A DNA stretch of 39,157 bases from a virus (IMGVR_UViG_3300033153_006964:1-39157), one strand, 5' to 3'. Shown: positions 25,891 to 36,058, numbered from the stretch's first letter. Notes: a model not told the origin generated them from the sequence alone. A program made the numbers and translations.

Positions 25891-26565
25891 ATGAAAAAAA
25901 TGATTTGTTTTTTTATTCTTTTAACATTCTCTGTGGCGAGCTTTGCCATTCCTGTTAAGAGACAATTTAGAGATATGAAATTAGTCACTCAACAATTAAT
26001 TGAGAGACAATTTATTGAAAACCCTGCGGTTGCTGCTGCTGATGACATCCTAAGCGATGATGCTGGCAATACAAGTGCAGCCGCTGCATCACAATCAACC
26101 TTTGATGCTCAACCGGATGTAACTAGAAATGTTAGCATTACTCCAACTGGAACGACTGCCGATGTTGCCGCTTGTACGGTTACTGTAACGGGTACAGACT
26201 TCCATGGACAAGCAATTACTGAAGATCTTGTGTTTGCTGAAAATGCATCAACAGCGACTGTTGGAGTAAAAGCATTTAAAAGCGTTTCTCTAGTAAGCTA
26301 CCCTGCCGACTGTGAAGACACTCCCTTTGGAGCAACTTGGGATGTTGGTTATGGTGAAAAACTTGGACTTAAAAGATGTTTAGCTCAGGCCGGACATGTT
26401 GTTTTCAGTACAATCGATGGAGCATACGAAGCAACTAGAGCGACAATGGCAAATGATGCTGCAAATATCGAAGGTAATACAGCAGATTTTAATGGAACAA
26501 TGGACGGAGCTGCAGATTTTGAAATCTTTTTCTTTCAAAACTATGCTCAATCTTGTTACCCTTAA
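25891..26565 (+). CDS. Putative head-associated protein carrying an N-terminal Sec signal peptide
   Basis: MKKMICFFILLTFSVASFA|IP. Core PDVTRNVSIT...TVTGTD..GQAITE...KAFKSV resembles phage structural proteins. Confidence 0.6.
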   Translation: MKKMICFFILLTFSVASFAIPVKRQFRDMKLVTQQLIERQFIENPAVAAADDILSDDAGNTSAAAASQSTFDAQPDVTRNVSITPTGTTADVAACTVTVTGTDFHGQAITEDLVFAENASTATVGVKAFKSVSLVSYPADCEDTPFGATWDVGYGEKLGLKRCLAQAGHVVFSTIDGAYEATRATMANDAANIEGNTADFNGTMDGAADFEIFFFQNYAQSCYP

Positions 26566-26583
26566 TAAATAAAGGATTAAACA

Positions 26584-26811
26584 ATGAAAGTATTAAAGAA
26601 TTTTGGATGTAATGGCATCAAGAAAAAAGCTGGCCAGATGCTATCCGATGAAGACAAAAAGATAATTGGCAAAGAATTTGGTGAGCAACTTTTAAAAGAT
26701 GACTTTATTATGATGTCTGGAAAAGAAGCACCAAAAGCTGAGTTAAAAAAACCAGCAAAAAAAGAGTTAAAGAAATACAAAGAAGAGAAACTTAAAAAAG
26801 AAGAAAAATAA
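26584..26811 (+). CDS. Small Lys-rich hypothetical protein
   Basis: AAGGA RBS, at the position typical of small head-module proteins. Confidence 0.65.
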   Translation: MKVLKNFGCNGIKKKAGQMLSDEDKKIIGKEFGEQLLKDDFIMMSGKEAPKAELKKPAKKELKKYKEEKLKKEEK

Positions 26812-26817
26812 TAAATT

Positions 26818-27246
26818 ATGGCCTATTCAACGAACTCGGATGTTGTTGATGAGTTTAAAAACTTGGATACAACCGGGAAAATTACACTAGAAAAAATCAA
26901 CTCCTGGATTCTCCAGGCAGATGCTTATATAAATGGAAGAATAGGTCTAATTTATCAAACACCGGTTACTGGTGAGGAATCCCTTGAAGTATTAAAAGAA
27001 ATATCTATTGGCTTCGTAGCTCAAAGGATTGCCTACGTTTTAGAGACAAAATCTATCACCCCAAAGGGCGATCAGTACATCCCTAAGAATCTAATTAAAC
27101 AAGCTGAAGATAGACTGTCAATGATTGTCAATCGAAAGCTATTGTTGTCAGACGCAACCGAGGTTTCAACTGATGCAGGTGTAAGTAGTTATTCAGGCGA
27201 AAACACAGTTACCCGGGCCTTTGATCAGTCCAAGCAGCAGTGGTGA
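26818..27246 (+). CDS. Head-tail adaptor (Mu gp36-like)
   Basis: MAYSTNSDV...ADAYINGRIGLIYQTPV pattern and position. Confidence 0.75.
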   Translation: MAYSTNSDVVDEFKNLDTTGKITLEKINSWILQADAYINGRIGLIYQTPVTGEESLEVLKEISIGFVAQRIAYVLETKSITPKGDQYIPKNLIKQAEDRLSMIVNRKLLLSDATEVSTDAGVSSYSGENTVTRAFDQSKQQW

Positions 27247-27250
27247 TCTT

Positions 27251-27802
27251 ATGTTAAAGTTTGAAATTGACGAAGATGGAGAATTTGGCAGAGCAATAAA
27301 TATCGCAATAAAAGAAGTTGGAGATTTAAGGGCCCCCTTTGGGCTGATAAAGGAATCTTGGTTTAAAGGAAATATGTCTATATTCCCTGAGAAAAGGGGT
27401 GGGCCCGGTAAGTATGCAGATCTATCCGAAAAATATAAGAGAAGAAAAGAAAAAGCTATTGGCAGCGCATATCCAATCCTAAGGGGTTTTGTAAAACCAA
27501 AGGGTGGAGCAGCAAGAAAAAGTGGAAGACTTGCTAGGTCGATGACGGTTCCAAACTCTAAGGGTGCAATAAGTACGGTTACAAACAAAAGAACTCTTAC
27601 CCTTGGAACTCAAGTAAAAAATAAAAAAGGTGTTCTGTATCCAGAATATTTACATTTTGGGACAAGTAAAATGCCAGCAAGACCACTTTTATTATTAGGA
27701 GCTGAGCAAGTTGCTCCAAGCCAAATTAATAAAAGAGTTGAAAACTGGGTTAAAATGATAAGCGATTACGTCATTCAAAAATCACCAGGAAAGGCAACGT
27801 AA
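27251..27802 (+). CDS. Virion morphogenesis / tail completion protein (Mu gpG-like)
   Basis: SGRLARSM...YPEYLHFGTSKMPARPLL. Confidence 0.75.
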   Translation: MLKFEIDEDGEFGRAINIAIKEVGDLRAPFGLIKESWFKGNMSIFPEKRGGPGKYADLSEKYKRRKEKAIGSAYPILRGFVKPKGGAARKSGRLARSMTVPNSKGAISTVTNKRTLTLGTQVKNKKGVLYPEYLHFGTSKMPARPLLLLGAEQVAPSQINKRVENWVKMISDYVIQKSPGKAT

Positions 27803-28275
27803 TGGCCAGACATGATTTTGAAGAGATTTTGGAGAGTGTAAAACAGATAATGGTTAATAACTTTAATGCGAAGTTAACCAGTATTACAACTGAAAAAGGC
27901 GACTCCATAGTTCTGCCTTCTGTCGATGCTAATGCGTACTTTTTACAGTCCATGGACGAGCGAGAGGCGAGTTTTGATCCAATCATTGTATATGGAATCG
28001 AGAACATTGAGACGGATAGCAAGGGGCCATTTAGTTCTGAAAAAATCTTCATATCTGCTGTTATTTTGCTCAGTGACAACGGGCGTAATGATATAAATTT
28101 AATAATGTTTAGATACTCAAGAGCTTTTAAAGAAATTTTTGAAGAAAAGTGGCAAATCCATAATTCTTCGTCTAAAATAAACGTAAGTAGATCAACTGTG
28201 GTGCCATTTGAGGCTTTAGATTCAAGTGCAACTTATAAGGCGATCGGAATTGAAATTGAAATCAATTTAGCATAA
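27802..28275 (+). CDS. Putative tail terminator
   Basis: 157 aa immediately before the tail tube gene (positional). Confidence 0.5.
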   Translation: MARHDFEEILESVKQIMVNNFNAKLTSITTEKGDSIVLPSVDANAYFLQSMDEREASFDPIIVYGIENIETDSKGPFSSEKIFISAVILLSDNGRNDINLIMFRYSRAFKEIFEEKWQIHNSSSKINVSRSTVVPFEALDSSATYKAIGIEIEINLA

Positions 28276-28293
28276 CCAACAAGGATGTAAAAC

Positions 28294-29199
28294 ATGGCAT
28301 TATCAGAACCTAGATCAATTTTTGGCGTTCATTCAGTTTCTCCATATTCGAGAATCGATGGACTTTTTTATGGAACACTCAGAGTTTTAGAAAACTCTTC
28401 ACTAGCAGTTACTGCTGAAACAATAGGCTTGCAAGGAGGGACAAACCGTTTCGACTGGGCCGTTGAAGTGGGAAGCATGACCTCTGAGCTCTCATTAAGC
28501 TTCAGTGAGTACCCGAACTTCGTGTTTGAATTGTTTGCTGGAAATGCTCCAACGTCAAACTCTGCAGAAGCACTGGGAAGTGCAACGGCACTGACAGATA
28601 AACTTGGAACTGTTGTTGATGCAACAACTGGTATTGCATCAGTTGATATTATCGCGGCATCTGAGGGGGATTTGAAATTTGGAAAATATGTAATAAAAAC
28701 CGTCTCAGAAACCACAGTAGATGTGTATTTTTCTTCTGATGCAGATATTGGAAGAGGAACAAATGGTGAATTCCAAAACGATGCTCTTAAAATTACAGAG
28801 ACACCGCTAACCATTGCTGATACAGGCGCAACAGTAACCATCCCCAGCTTTGGAATCGAAATCACATCAGGTTCCGGAACAATTGCATTAGTTGCACTTG
28901 GTGCAGCTGGAGATACGGCGACATTTGAAGTTAGACCGCAAAATAGTGGTTCAATGGAAGTCACAATCGGGCAAATGTCTGATCAAAATTTCCCAGAATT
29001 CGGCGCCATTATTATGGCTGCCAAGCAATCTTCAGGCCAGATGTTTGAGATAGATGCTCTGAAATGTAAATCGGGCGGGTTACCCGTGGGATTTGCAAGA
29101 AATGCTTATTCTCCTGCTGAAGTTACTGTTAAGCTTATGTATGACAGTGTTCAAGATGGTGTTTATAAAATTAGACATGTGTCTCCTACGAATCCATAG
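28294..29199 (+). CDS. Major tail tube protein
   Basis: 301 aa, beta-rich, followed by a strong terminator, chaperones and tape measure. No sheath gene seen. Confidence 0.75.
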   Translation: MALSEPRSIFGVHSVSPYSRIDGLFYGTLRVLENSSLAVTAETIGLQGGTNRFDWAVEVGSMTSELSLSFSEYPNFVFELFAGNAPTSNSAEALGSATALTDKLGTVVDATTGIASVDIIAASEGDLKFGKYVIKTVSETTVDVYFSSDADIGRGTNGEFQNDALKITETPLTIADTGATVTIPSFGIEITSGSGTIALVALGAAGDTATFEVRPQNSGSMEVTIGQMSDQNFPEFGAIIMAAKQSSGQMFEIDALKCKSGGLPVGFARNAYSPAEVTVKLMYDSVQDGVYKIRHVSPTNP

Positions 29200-29221
29200 G
29201 ATATTCATTTTAATCTCCGAG

Positions 29222-29249
29222 AAGGGCCTTGAATTAGGCCCTTTTTTTT
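29222..29249 (+). terminator. Intrinsic terminator after the tail tube gene
   Basis: AAGGGCCT-TGAATT-AGGCCCTT followed by a T run. Confidence 0.8.
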
Positions 29250-29443
29250 CGCCTTCTCTTTGAGTAGTCAGCCAAATCCTTCTCATCAATTTCTTTTCTC
29301 GGTGCGTTTATCGCGTGATACACCATAAATAAAGAAACATTTCCATTTGCATATTTATCAGCAAGGAATTGAATTCGATTCTTTTCAAACTCTGAAACTC
29401 TAGTTTCTATCTTTTCTGTGAGTTCTTTTCTTCGTGTTGTCAT
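29234..29443 (-). CDS. Ribbon-helix-helix (MobC/Arc-like) DNA-binding protein, antisense in the tail module
   Basis: TEKIETRVSEFEKNRIQFLADKYANGNVSLFM pattern and basic tail. Confidence 0.6.
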   Translation of the reverse strand: MTTRRKELTEKIETRVSEFEKNRIQFLADKYANGNVSLFMVYHAINAPRKEIDEKDLADYSKRRRKKRA

Positions 29444-29524
29444 GACATACTTTCTAGCAAAAACGGATTGATAATGCAATACTTTTTGGTTAAATTAAAT
29501 TAAACTATAAACAAGGACTGTAAA

Positions 29525-30010
29525 ATGAAAGATAGCAAAATAAATCTTGAAAATCTAATGCCAACCCCATCATGCTTTTCACTAAAGCAGTTTGGTGAGT
29601 TTGAATTCAAACTTAAGCCTTGTACGGGTGGGCTATTAATGGATATTTCAAGAAAAATAGGTAATGTTGAAAAGCTTCTAGGCAATCCAAGTGCTGAGAA
29701 CATTTCAAAAATGGCAATGATGCTAATGGAATATGATTCAGCAGTAAAATTTAAAAAACAAACAGTAAAAACAATTGATGTATTAACAGGCAACGAAGAA
29801 GATGTTGATCTTGGCGGGTATGTCCTTTTCGCGCATTCTATACAAGGGATTGGTGAGCAATTTAATATTTACGGTGCCATTCTTAGGTCGCTTGGATATA
29901 AAAAAGAACAAACTGACGATATAATTAAGAAATTAAAAGACAGTGCGAATGATATTGTTAATAATGAGATAGATAAAAGCGTAAAAAAAAAGAGTCTGAA
30001 AAAGAAGTAA
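29525..30010 (+). CDS. Tail assembly chaperone (gpG-like)
   Basis: Position before the tape measure, with a slippery site near the 3' end. Confidence 0.75.
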   Translation: MKDSKINLENLMPTPSCFSLKQFGEFEFKLKPCTGGLLMDISRKIGNVEKLLGNPSAENISKMAMMLMEYDSAVKFKKQTVKTIDVLTGNEEDVDLGGYVLFAHSIQGIGEQFNIYGAILRSLGYKKEQTDDIIKKLKDSANDIVNNEIDKSVKKKSLKKK

Positions 30011-30300
30011 TCACGTGGCCGGAAATATTTGATTTTTTCTCAAAAGAATATGGATGGACGACAGAGTATATTTTAGAAAGAACATTGCACGAAATAAACT
30101 GGAGATTAGAGACCGCAATGAAAAGAATAAATGGCAATAGAAGATTTGAAATGTCAATACATGGAGTTCAACCAGCTGTGAGTGAGTCTGACGAGCCAGT
30201 GAGAGCAATAGAGCTGTGCGAAGACAAGCAAAGAGATGTCGATGCAGCACTTAAGCAGGCAAGAGAAAGAAAGAAAATGGAATTTTCGAACAAGGGATAG
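29986..30300 (+). CDS. gpGT-like extension via programmed -1 frameshift at A AAA AAG (29986..29992)
   Basis: The -1 frame is open from the A9G run: KESEKEVITWPEIFDFFSKEYGWTTEYILERTLHEINWRL...SNKG. Confidence 0.8.
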   Translation, partial: KKESEKEVITWPEIFDFFSKEYGWTTEYILERTLHEINWRLETAMKRINGNRRFEMSIHGVQPAVSESDEPVRAIELCEDKQRDVDAALKQARERKKMEFSNKG

Positions 30301-30302
30301 GG

Positions 30303-32852
30303 ATGGCCGAATCATTAGTAATTAAAATTAATGGGGATATTAGCAACTATAAAAAGGCCCTGAAAGACGCTGGAAAAGAAACCAAAGAATTAGAAAATCT
30401 TTTATCTGACATAGCAAAACCAGCAGCAATTGCCTTTGCAGCCCTGGCAACCGTTATAGGCGTATCTACCGTTGCTTTCGCTAAATATGAAAAAGCACTT
30501 ATTGGCGTTGGGAAAACGACGGATATTAACGGGGTTGCATTGGAGAATTTTGGTAAGAGCATCCAAGATCTCTCAAAGAGAATTCCAGTTGCCACAAATG
30601 AACTCCTTGGAATCGCTCAAGCCGCTGGGCAGCTCGGCGTGAGAGGCGAAAAAGACTTATTAAAATTTACAGAAACAGTAGCAAAACTAGGCGTCGCAAC
30701 AGATCTTTCCGGAGAAAAGGCCGCACTAGCATTAACAAGAATTTTAACTGTAACCGGGGAAGGTGTTGGAGAGATTGATACTTTCGGCTCGGTTATTGTT
30801 GCTCTTGGAAATAATTTCGCAGCAACGGAGAGTGAAATAGTACGAATGGCCACAGAAGTAAGTAGGTCAACCGCAATATTCGGTGTCTCATCAGCTCAGG
30901 CCGCTGGATTATCAACTGCACTAAAAGCAGTTGGAGTTCAAGCTCAACTAGGTGGATCGGCTGTGGGCAGGGCCTTTAGGGCAATTGATGCAGCAGTTAG
31001 GTCGGGAGGAAAAGAGCTTAAGAATTTAACGGAAATAACAGGAACTACCGGGGAAGAAATAACAAAAGTATTTAAAGAAGACTCGACAAAAGGTTTCCAA
31101 GTATTCATACAAGGACTAGGTAGAATAGCAAAAGAAGGCGGCGACACCACTGCCGCACTAGACAAAATGGGATTAAAGGGTGAGGAAATATTAAAAGTCT
31201 TGCCGGTCCTAGCACAAAGATCAGAACTAGTTGGCGCGGCATTAAAAACCGCTGCTGATGAGGCAGAAAATGCAACAGCATTAAACGAAGAGGCTGCAAA
31301 AGCATTTAGCACCCTAGATAGTAAGGTTGAAAAATTAAAAAATTCCATTACCGTACTAACTGTCAATATGGGCAAGCTTTTTTCAAAGCAAATAATTCCA
31401 CTTATAGATGGAGTAGGTACATTGGTTGAGGGCTTTTCAAACTTAGACGACGAAACAAAAGAAAACATAGCATCGATGGTGAAATGGGCCGCGATAATTG
31501 CAGGAGGGATCGCCGCAATCGCAACCTTTGGAGCTATAGTTTTAAAATTATCAGCATTTATAGGGATTCTTAGCGCAGCATTTTTACCAGGCGCTGTTGC
31601 AGCATCAGCATTTTGGGTTGCAGTTACAGGGCCGATAGGCATAGCAATAGCAGGCATTGTAGCGTTGACTGCTGCTTCAGTTGCACTCTTTGCAGCACTC
31701 GATCAAAAGGAAGCTCCAAAAACGCTAGAAGATGTCAATGATCAACTAGACGAGCTGAAAGCGAAGAGAGATTTTCTAAATAGAACGAGCGTCAGGCTTG
31801 GCGGCGGCCCAGCAGAAGTAGCTCAAGTAGATGAAGAGATTAAGAAATTAGAAGAACTCAGGATGGCAAAAATAAGAGCAGGGAGTGATTTTGGTACTGG
31901 AGAGCTATTGGTGAGACCGGTTGCCGACAAGGGTGCCAACCTGGGGCCTGAAGCGTTTGGGCTCGAAGCACAACAAGCAATACCATTCAAAACTGACACC
32001 CAGGGGATAGAAGAAGCCAACGAGGAAAAACTAAGACTCGAAAAAGAAAGAATAGAAAAGGAAAAACAACTTAGATTTGATGAGGAAAGGGCGAAAGATG
32101 AAGAATTCCAAACAGCCCTAGCCAGCGCAAGGGAAAAGTCGGAAATAAAAACCGAAGAAGAACTTCTTCTTTTCCAAGAGGCCATGGAGCTTAAAAGGGA
32201 AGAAAAAGAAATTGCAAAAATTCAAGAGCTAGAAGATGAGGGTAGACATGACGAAGCCATTGTTGCGCTTGAAGAATTAAAAAATGAAAAGATAATTGAA
32301 GCAAGTAAAAAGAAAATAGAAGCTGACAAGAAAATGCTAAAAGAAAAAGAAGCCATTGATAAAATGAACCTTCAAGCTACGCAGAATTTCATTTCCGCAG
32401 GAGCAATGCTTGCCAAGGATGGATCTGCAGCACAAAAGATTCTCCTATCTGCAAATGCATTAATTTCAACATATACAGCAGTTAATCAAGCGCTCGCTCA
32501 GCCCCCAGGCCCACCGCACACAATACCACTAGCCTCTTCGATTGGAGTGCTTGGACTTGCAAACGTTGCGAAGATAAATAGTGTTGGGTTTGCAGATGGC
32601 GGTATGTTTATGGGTGGGATTCCTGGGATTGATTCAATACCGGCAACTGTGCAGCAGGGTGAAATTATTGCGCCAACAAAAAGTTTCGACGAAGTTGTTG
32701 AGGGCACAGCGAGGCAAAGGGGCTTCACAAGAGAAGATGAAGGTGGGGGCTCCGGTGGGATGATTACAGTTGTCATAGAGCCAAAAGACGAAATGATTAA
32801 TTTTATACAGCAACAAATAGTTGAAGTCGAACTTCAAAATACAGGGGTTTAA
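30303..32852 (+). CDS. Tail tape measure protein (TP901-like core)
   Basis: IAQAAGQLGV, ALGNNFAATESEIV, hydrophobic mid segment, coiled coil, C-terminal FADGG...GIDSIPA...GEII. Confidence 0.93.
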   Translation: MAESLVIKINGDISNYKKALKDAGKETKELENLLSDIAKPAAIAFAALATVIGVSTVAFAKYEKALIGVGKTTDINGVALENFGKSIQDLSKRIPVATNELLGIAQAAGQLGVRGEKDLLKFTETVAKLGVATDLSGEKAALALTRILTVTGEGVGEIDTFGSVIVALGNNFAATESEIVRMATEVSRSTAIFGVSSAQAAGLSTALKAVGVQAQLGGSAVGRAFRAIDAAVRSGGKELKNLTEITGTTGEEITKVFKEDSTKGFQVFIQGLGRIAKEGGDTTAALDKMGLKGEEILKVLPVLAQRSELVGAALKTAADEAENATALNEEAAKAFSTLDSKVEKLKNSITVLTVNMGKLFSKQIIPLIDGVGTLVEGFSNLDDETKENIASMVKWAAIIAGGIAAIATFGAIVLKLSAFIGILSAAFLPGAVAASAFWVAVTGPIGIAIAGIVALTAASVALFAALDQKEAPKTLEDVNDQLDELKAKRDFLNRTSVRLGGGPAEVAQVDEEIKKLEELRMAKIRAGSDFGTGELLVRPVADKGANLGPEAFGLEAQQAIPFKTDTQGIEEANEEKLRLEKERIEKEKQLRFDEERAKDEEFQTALASAREKSEIKTEEELLLFQEAMELKREEKEIAKIQELEDEGRHDEAIVALEELKNEKIIEASKKKIEADKKMLKEKEAIDKMNLQATQNFISAGAMLAKDGSAAQKILLSANALISTYTAVNQALAQPPGPPHTIPLASSIGVLGLANVAKINSVGFADGGMFMGGIPGIDSIPATVQQGEIIAPTKSFDEVVEGTARQRGFTREDEGGGSGGMITVVIEPKDEMINFIQQQIVEVELQNTGV

Positions 32853-32855
32853 TAT

Positions 32856-33668
32856 ATGGCCAGCCAAATACAATTTTTAAGAAAAAACCATCTTGATTTA
32901 GATCGAACAAACCCTGCCATAACAATCACTGATGCTGTTGCAACAAATACCGGACAGGATTCAGTTGACTTAATGAGGAACAGAAACAATATATCTGGAT
33001 GGGTGACAACAGACTCAACCGACGCAGCCAATACAGAAATCCTTACTACGTTTGGCGATCTTCTCGATATAGATTTTATTGAACTAATCAAGCACAACTT
33101 TAAAGATTATTTAATTGAATGGCAGGACTCGGTTGATGCATGGGCAACGTATGCGACTGAGACATCCAACACAGATTCAACTTCTATTTATGAACTAGAC
33201 AGCCCAGTCAATGCCAAGGCAATCAGAATTACAATTACAGCAATGCAGGTGACTGATTCAGACAAAGAGCTAAGACAATTAATTATGACAGAAAAAAGAT
33301 ATCAGTTTGTTGGGTGGCCCGTAGTTAAAAAACCCGTTCACTCTAAAAATAGAAAAATTAACAAGATGTTATCTGGAAAGGTAAATGTCATTGACACTAG
33401 AGGGGCTTTTTCCTGCGAACTAGAAATTAAATTAAGCGGAGAAGAAAACGACCTGAATATGCATGAAGAAATTTACGAGCAACGAGAAGGGCTTTTGATG
33501 CTTGTTTCTGGGACTGATGAAGATCAATTCAGAACCAAAAGAAAGGGCTACAGGAACGAAGATATCGTCCTTGTAAAGGCCGTCGATGAATACACAAACC
33601 CATACTACAAGGGGCAATATCCAAACGGTATTAAAATTAAAATGAAGCTAGCGGAGACTGTTTTTTAA
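32856..33668 (+). CDS. Tail tip protein (distal-tail-like, possible carbohydrate-binding insert)
   Basis: First gene after the tape measure, AKAIRITIT discoidin-like strand pattern. Confidence 0.55.
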   Translation: MASQIQFLRKNHLDLDRTNPAITITDAVATNTGQDSVDLMRNRNNISGWVTTDSTDAANTEILTTFGDLLDIDFIELIKHNFKDYLIEWQDSVDAWATYATETSNTDSTSIYELDSPVNAKAIRITITAMQVTDSDKELRQLIMTEKRYQFVGWPVVKKPVHSKNRKINKMLSGKVNVIDTRGAFSCELEIKLSGEENDLNMHEEIYEQREGLLMLVSGTDEDQFRTKRKGYRNEDIVLVKAVDEYTNPYYKGQYPNGIKIKMKLAETVF

Positions 33669-34894
33669 TGAGTGCTTTTAGGTTTTATATTCAATACCCG
33701 ACAAACGCATCTGAGTACAGTGATTTCATTGAAATAACTGAGGATGTAAATGAATCTAGCGTCGGGAATCTAAACCAAAAACTTGATAGTAATGAATATG
33801 ATATTGGAACAATTAAATTTAATAAAATATCAGTTAAATTAAGAAACGAAACTGGTAAATTCTCAGAAGCAAACAACCCACTATCAATCTTTACATTCAG
33901 AAGAGATAAATCAATATTAAAAATCGAGTGGGACATGAATAGCGATCCTGCTTATTGTGGTAGCGCCCCTTGCGGATATGCATTTCTATCACAACCGATT
34001 GAAGTATATAAAGGCCTGCTTGAGGATAACTCATCTAAGTTCGACATAAAATCGCAAACGATTACGTTTAATTTTCTTGGGACAGAATCAATTATAGGTA
34101 AAACTCAAGTCCCATTTTCAGCTCTGTCGGTATCTGATGACATGGAGACAACTATTTATAATATTCTAAATCAAACAAGCATAACCAACTTATTAACAGT
34201 GACGGTTGGAAATATAAATGTAAATTATAATTTCACACCAGATTCAATTGCAGACTTAGAAGATAAAACCTGCCTAGAGGCCCTTAACGAAATACTTCTC
34301 TTAACTAGCTCTGTCTTATATGTAAGAAATGATTCCATAATTGTAAGTGATAGAGGTGCCAGCGCATCATCTGTTTTTACTTTCTATGGGGCATCAAGCG
34401 ATGTCGGAATTGAAAGCTTGCATGAGATTTCTAGCTATACATTGGGTCTGAATAGAACTTTTAATTTTTGGAAATGGAAGGACACATCAGTTAAGCAGTC
34501 TTTTGCAGATTCAATTGACAAATTTGGGCTAAGAAATAAGGAATTAGACTCGACACTTGTCACTAATTCAACGAAGCAAACAAATATTTTAAATGCGCTT
34601 CTAACTGAGTTTGGATTTCCAAAAGTTGAGCTAGACATTGAAGTCCCAATGTACCCCCAAATAGTTGAGGATATATTCTTACTAGACAAGATAAATATTG
34701 ATTATCCGGCTGACTACAGGGGGAATGAAGATGATTCTCTGCCGGCAAGATACGGATCTGCAAGATATGGAACATCAAAATATATTCAAGCAGTATCAAG
34801 CTTAATAATTAACGTGGCAACAGATTGGAAAATCTTGAACAGAAGCATTTCAATTAAAAATCACAAAATAACTTTTAAAATTAGGGAGGTGTAG
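33668..34894 (+). CDS. Tail tip / hub protein
   Basis: 408 aa in the hub position, DSIDKFGLRNKE pattern. Confidence 0.55.
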   Translation: MSAFRFYIQYPTNASEYSDFIEITEDVNESSVGNLNQKLDSNEYDIGTIKFNKISVKLRNETGKFSEANNPLSIFTFRRDKSILKIEWDMNSDPAYCGSAPCGYAFLSQPIEVYKGLLEDNSSKFDIKSQTITFNFLGTESIIGKTQVPFSALSVSDDMETTIYNILNQTSITNLLTVTVGNINVNYNFTPDSIADLEDKTCLEALNEILLLTSSVLYVRNDSIIVSDRGASASSVFTFYGASSDVGIESLHEISSYTLGLNRTFNFWKWKDTSVKQSFADSIDKFGLRNKELDSTLVTNSTKQTNILNALLTEFGFPKVELDIEVPMYPQIVEDIFLLDKINIDYPADYRGNEDDSLPARYGSARYGTSKYIQAVSSLIINVATDWKILNRSISIKNHKITFKIREV

Positions 34895-34895
34895 G

Positions 34896-35624
34896 TTGGG
34901 CGATAATACTTTGACGACCAGATCTGACGGGAACACAATACCAGCAACAGACCACAATGAAGTACTCCAAGCATTAAGCATTGATCTTGTGCCGAGAAAT
35001 AACTCGAACGCGGCAGAGGATGTAGCGGGAGCACTTGGAACATCGCTATATAGATGGCTGAGGGCTTATATTGGAGAGATTTACATAGGTGATGCTGCAA
35101 ATAACTTAAAAATAACAGAGCCTGGCGCTGGAATTTTGAGAATTTCCATACCAAACAACGACTATATAGAGCTCACCCAGGGTGCCATCTCTATATATAC
35201 AAATGGTAATAAAAAGTTTTCCGTGGATGACAACGGAATCTCTTGGACATCGCAGGATGACAACACAATTCCAGCCTTAAAATTGCAAGCAAAAGAAGTA
35301 GACACGGGGACAGCTACGGGCTCAGTTGGTGGATCGCTTGTTGTTGTTACCAGTGCAAGATGTTCCATAACTTGCGTTGCTGGGAAAACTTATATTTTTG
35401 GCGCAACATGGGAGAATTTAACTGGGGCTTCTGCAGTCGTTGCTATGGCCGTTGTCGGTGTCTCTCAGACTCTTTTAGAATTTACCAGATCCACAGGGCC
35501 CACAGCCGCGATGGGGTTAACTGTTGCTTATACTGCCGCTGGTTCCGGTGCCTATGATTTTGAGATATATGGACAAAGTTGGGGCGCAATGACTAATATG
35601 AGAACATGGGCCAAGGAGGCGTAA
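34896..35624 (+). CDS. Tail fibre-like protein
   Basis: GGAGG RBS and TTG start, LGTSLYRW fibre motif. Confidence 0.55.
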   Translation: MGDNTLTTRSDGNTIPATDHNEVLQALSIDLVPRNNSNAAEDVAGALGTSLYRWLRAYIGEIYIGDAANNLKITEPGAGILRISIPNNDYIELTQGAISIYTNGNKKFSVDDNGISWTSQDDNTIPALKLQAKEVDTGTATGSVGGSLVVVTSARCSITCVAGKTYIFGATWENLTGASAVVAMAVVGVSQTLLEFTRSTGPTAAMGLTVAYTAAGSGAYDFEIYGQSWGAMTNMRTWAKEA

Positions 35625-36058
35625 TGGCATTTTCAGACATACCAGTGAGGGTAAACAATAGATTACAATTTATATCGGCTGAGTATTTTAATTCAATTAG
35701 ATCTCAGTTAATTGCTGCCTTTGGGTCTAATTATTTTATAAATGTAGCATCAAACCAAACAATAAGTGCAGCAGGAGAGTTCACCGTTGATGCTGATTCA
35801 TTCAAGCCTCTACTGCCTTGTTCTGGAGACAGTGGAGCGGTCACGACATCAAGCACTCCATTCGGAACTTCTCACGGATTCTTAACGGGAAAAGAGATCG
35901 TTCTACTGGGTCTTGACAATACAAATACAGTAACATTGGAAGTAAATGACATCGCGGGTGGCTTTATTTCTAGCAGGGGTGAATTGGTCTTGTCCAAATA
36001 CAAACAAGCAATTATTATTTACAACTTAGCTTTAGATAGATTTATTTTACAGGAGTAA
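35624..36058 (+). CDS. Tail-associated structural protein
   Basis: AAGGAGG RBS before ATG 35624, positional. Confidence 0.55.
   Translation: MAFSDIPVRVNNRLQFISAEYFNSIRSQLIAAFGSNYFINVASNQTISAAGEFTVDADSFKPLLPCSGDSGAVTTSSTPFGTSHGFLTGKEIVLLGLDNTNTVTLEVNDIAGGFISSRGELVLSKYKQAIIIYNLALDRFILQE

Noticed and set aside
14386-27802. Transposable Mu-like phage
   Set aside because: Only the head/neck genes are Mu-like. No MuA/MuB, Mor/C or host-DNA ends are seen, and replication is initiator/helicase type.
30347-32873. Long minus-strand ORFs opposite the tape measure (also 28368..28964, 15282..15812 and similar)
   Set aside because: Shadow ORFs on the antisense of well-supported genes, with low-complexity translations and no recognisable motifs.
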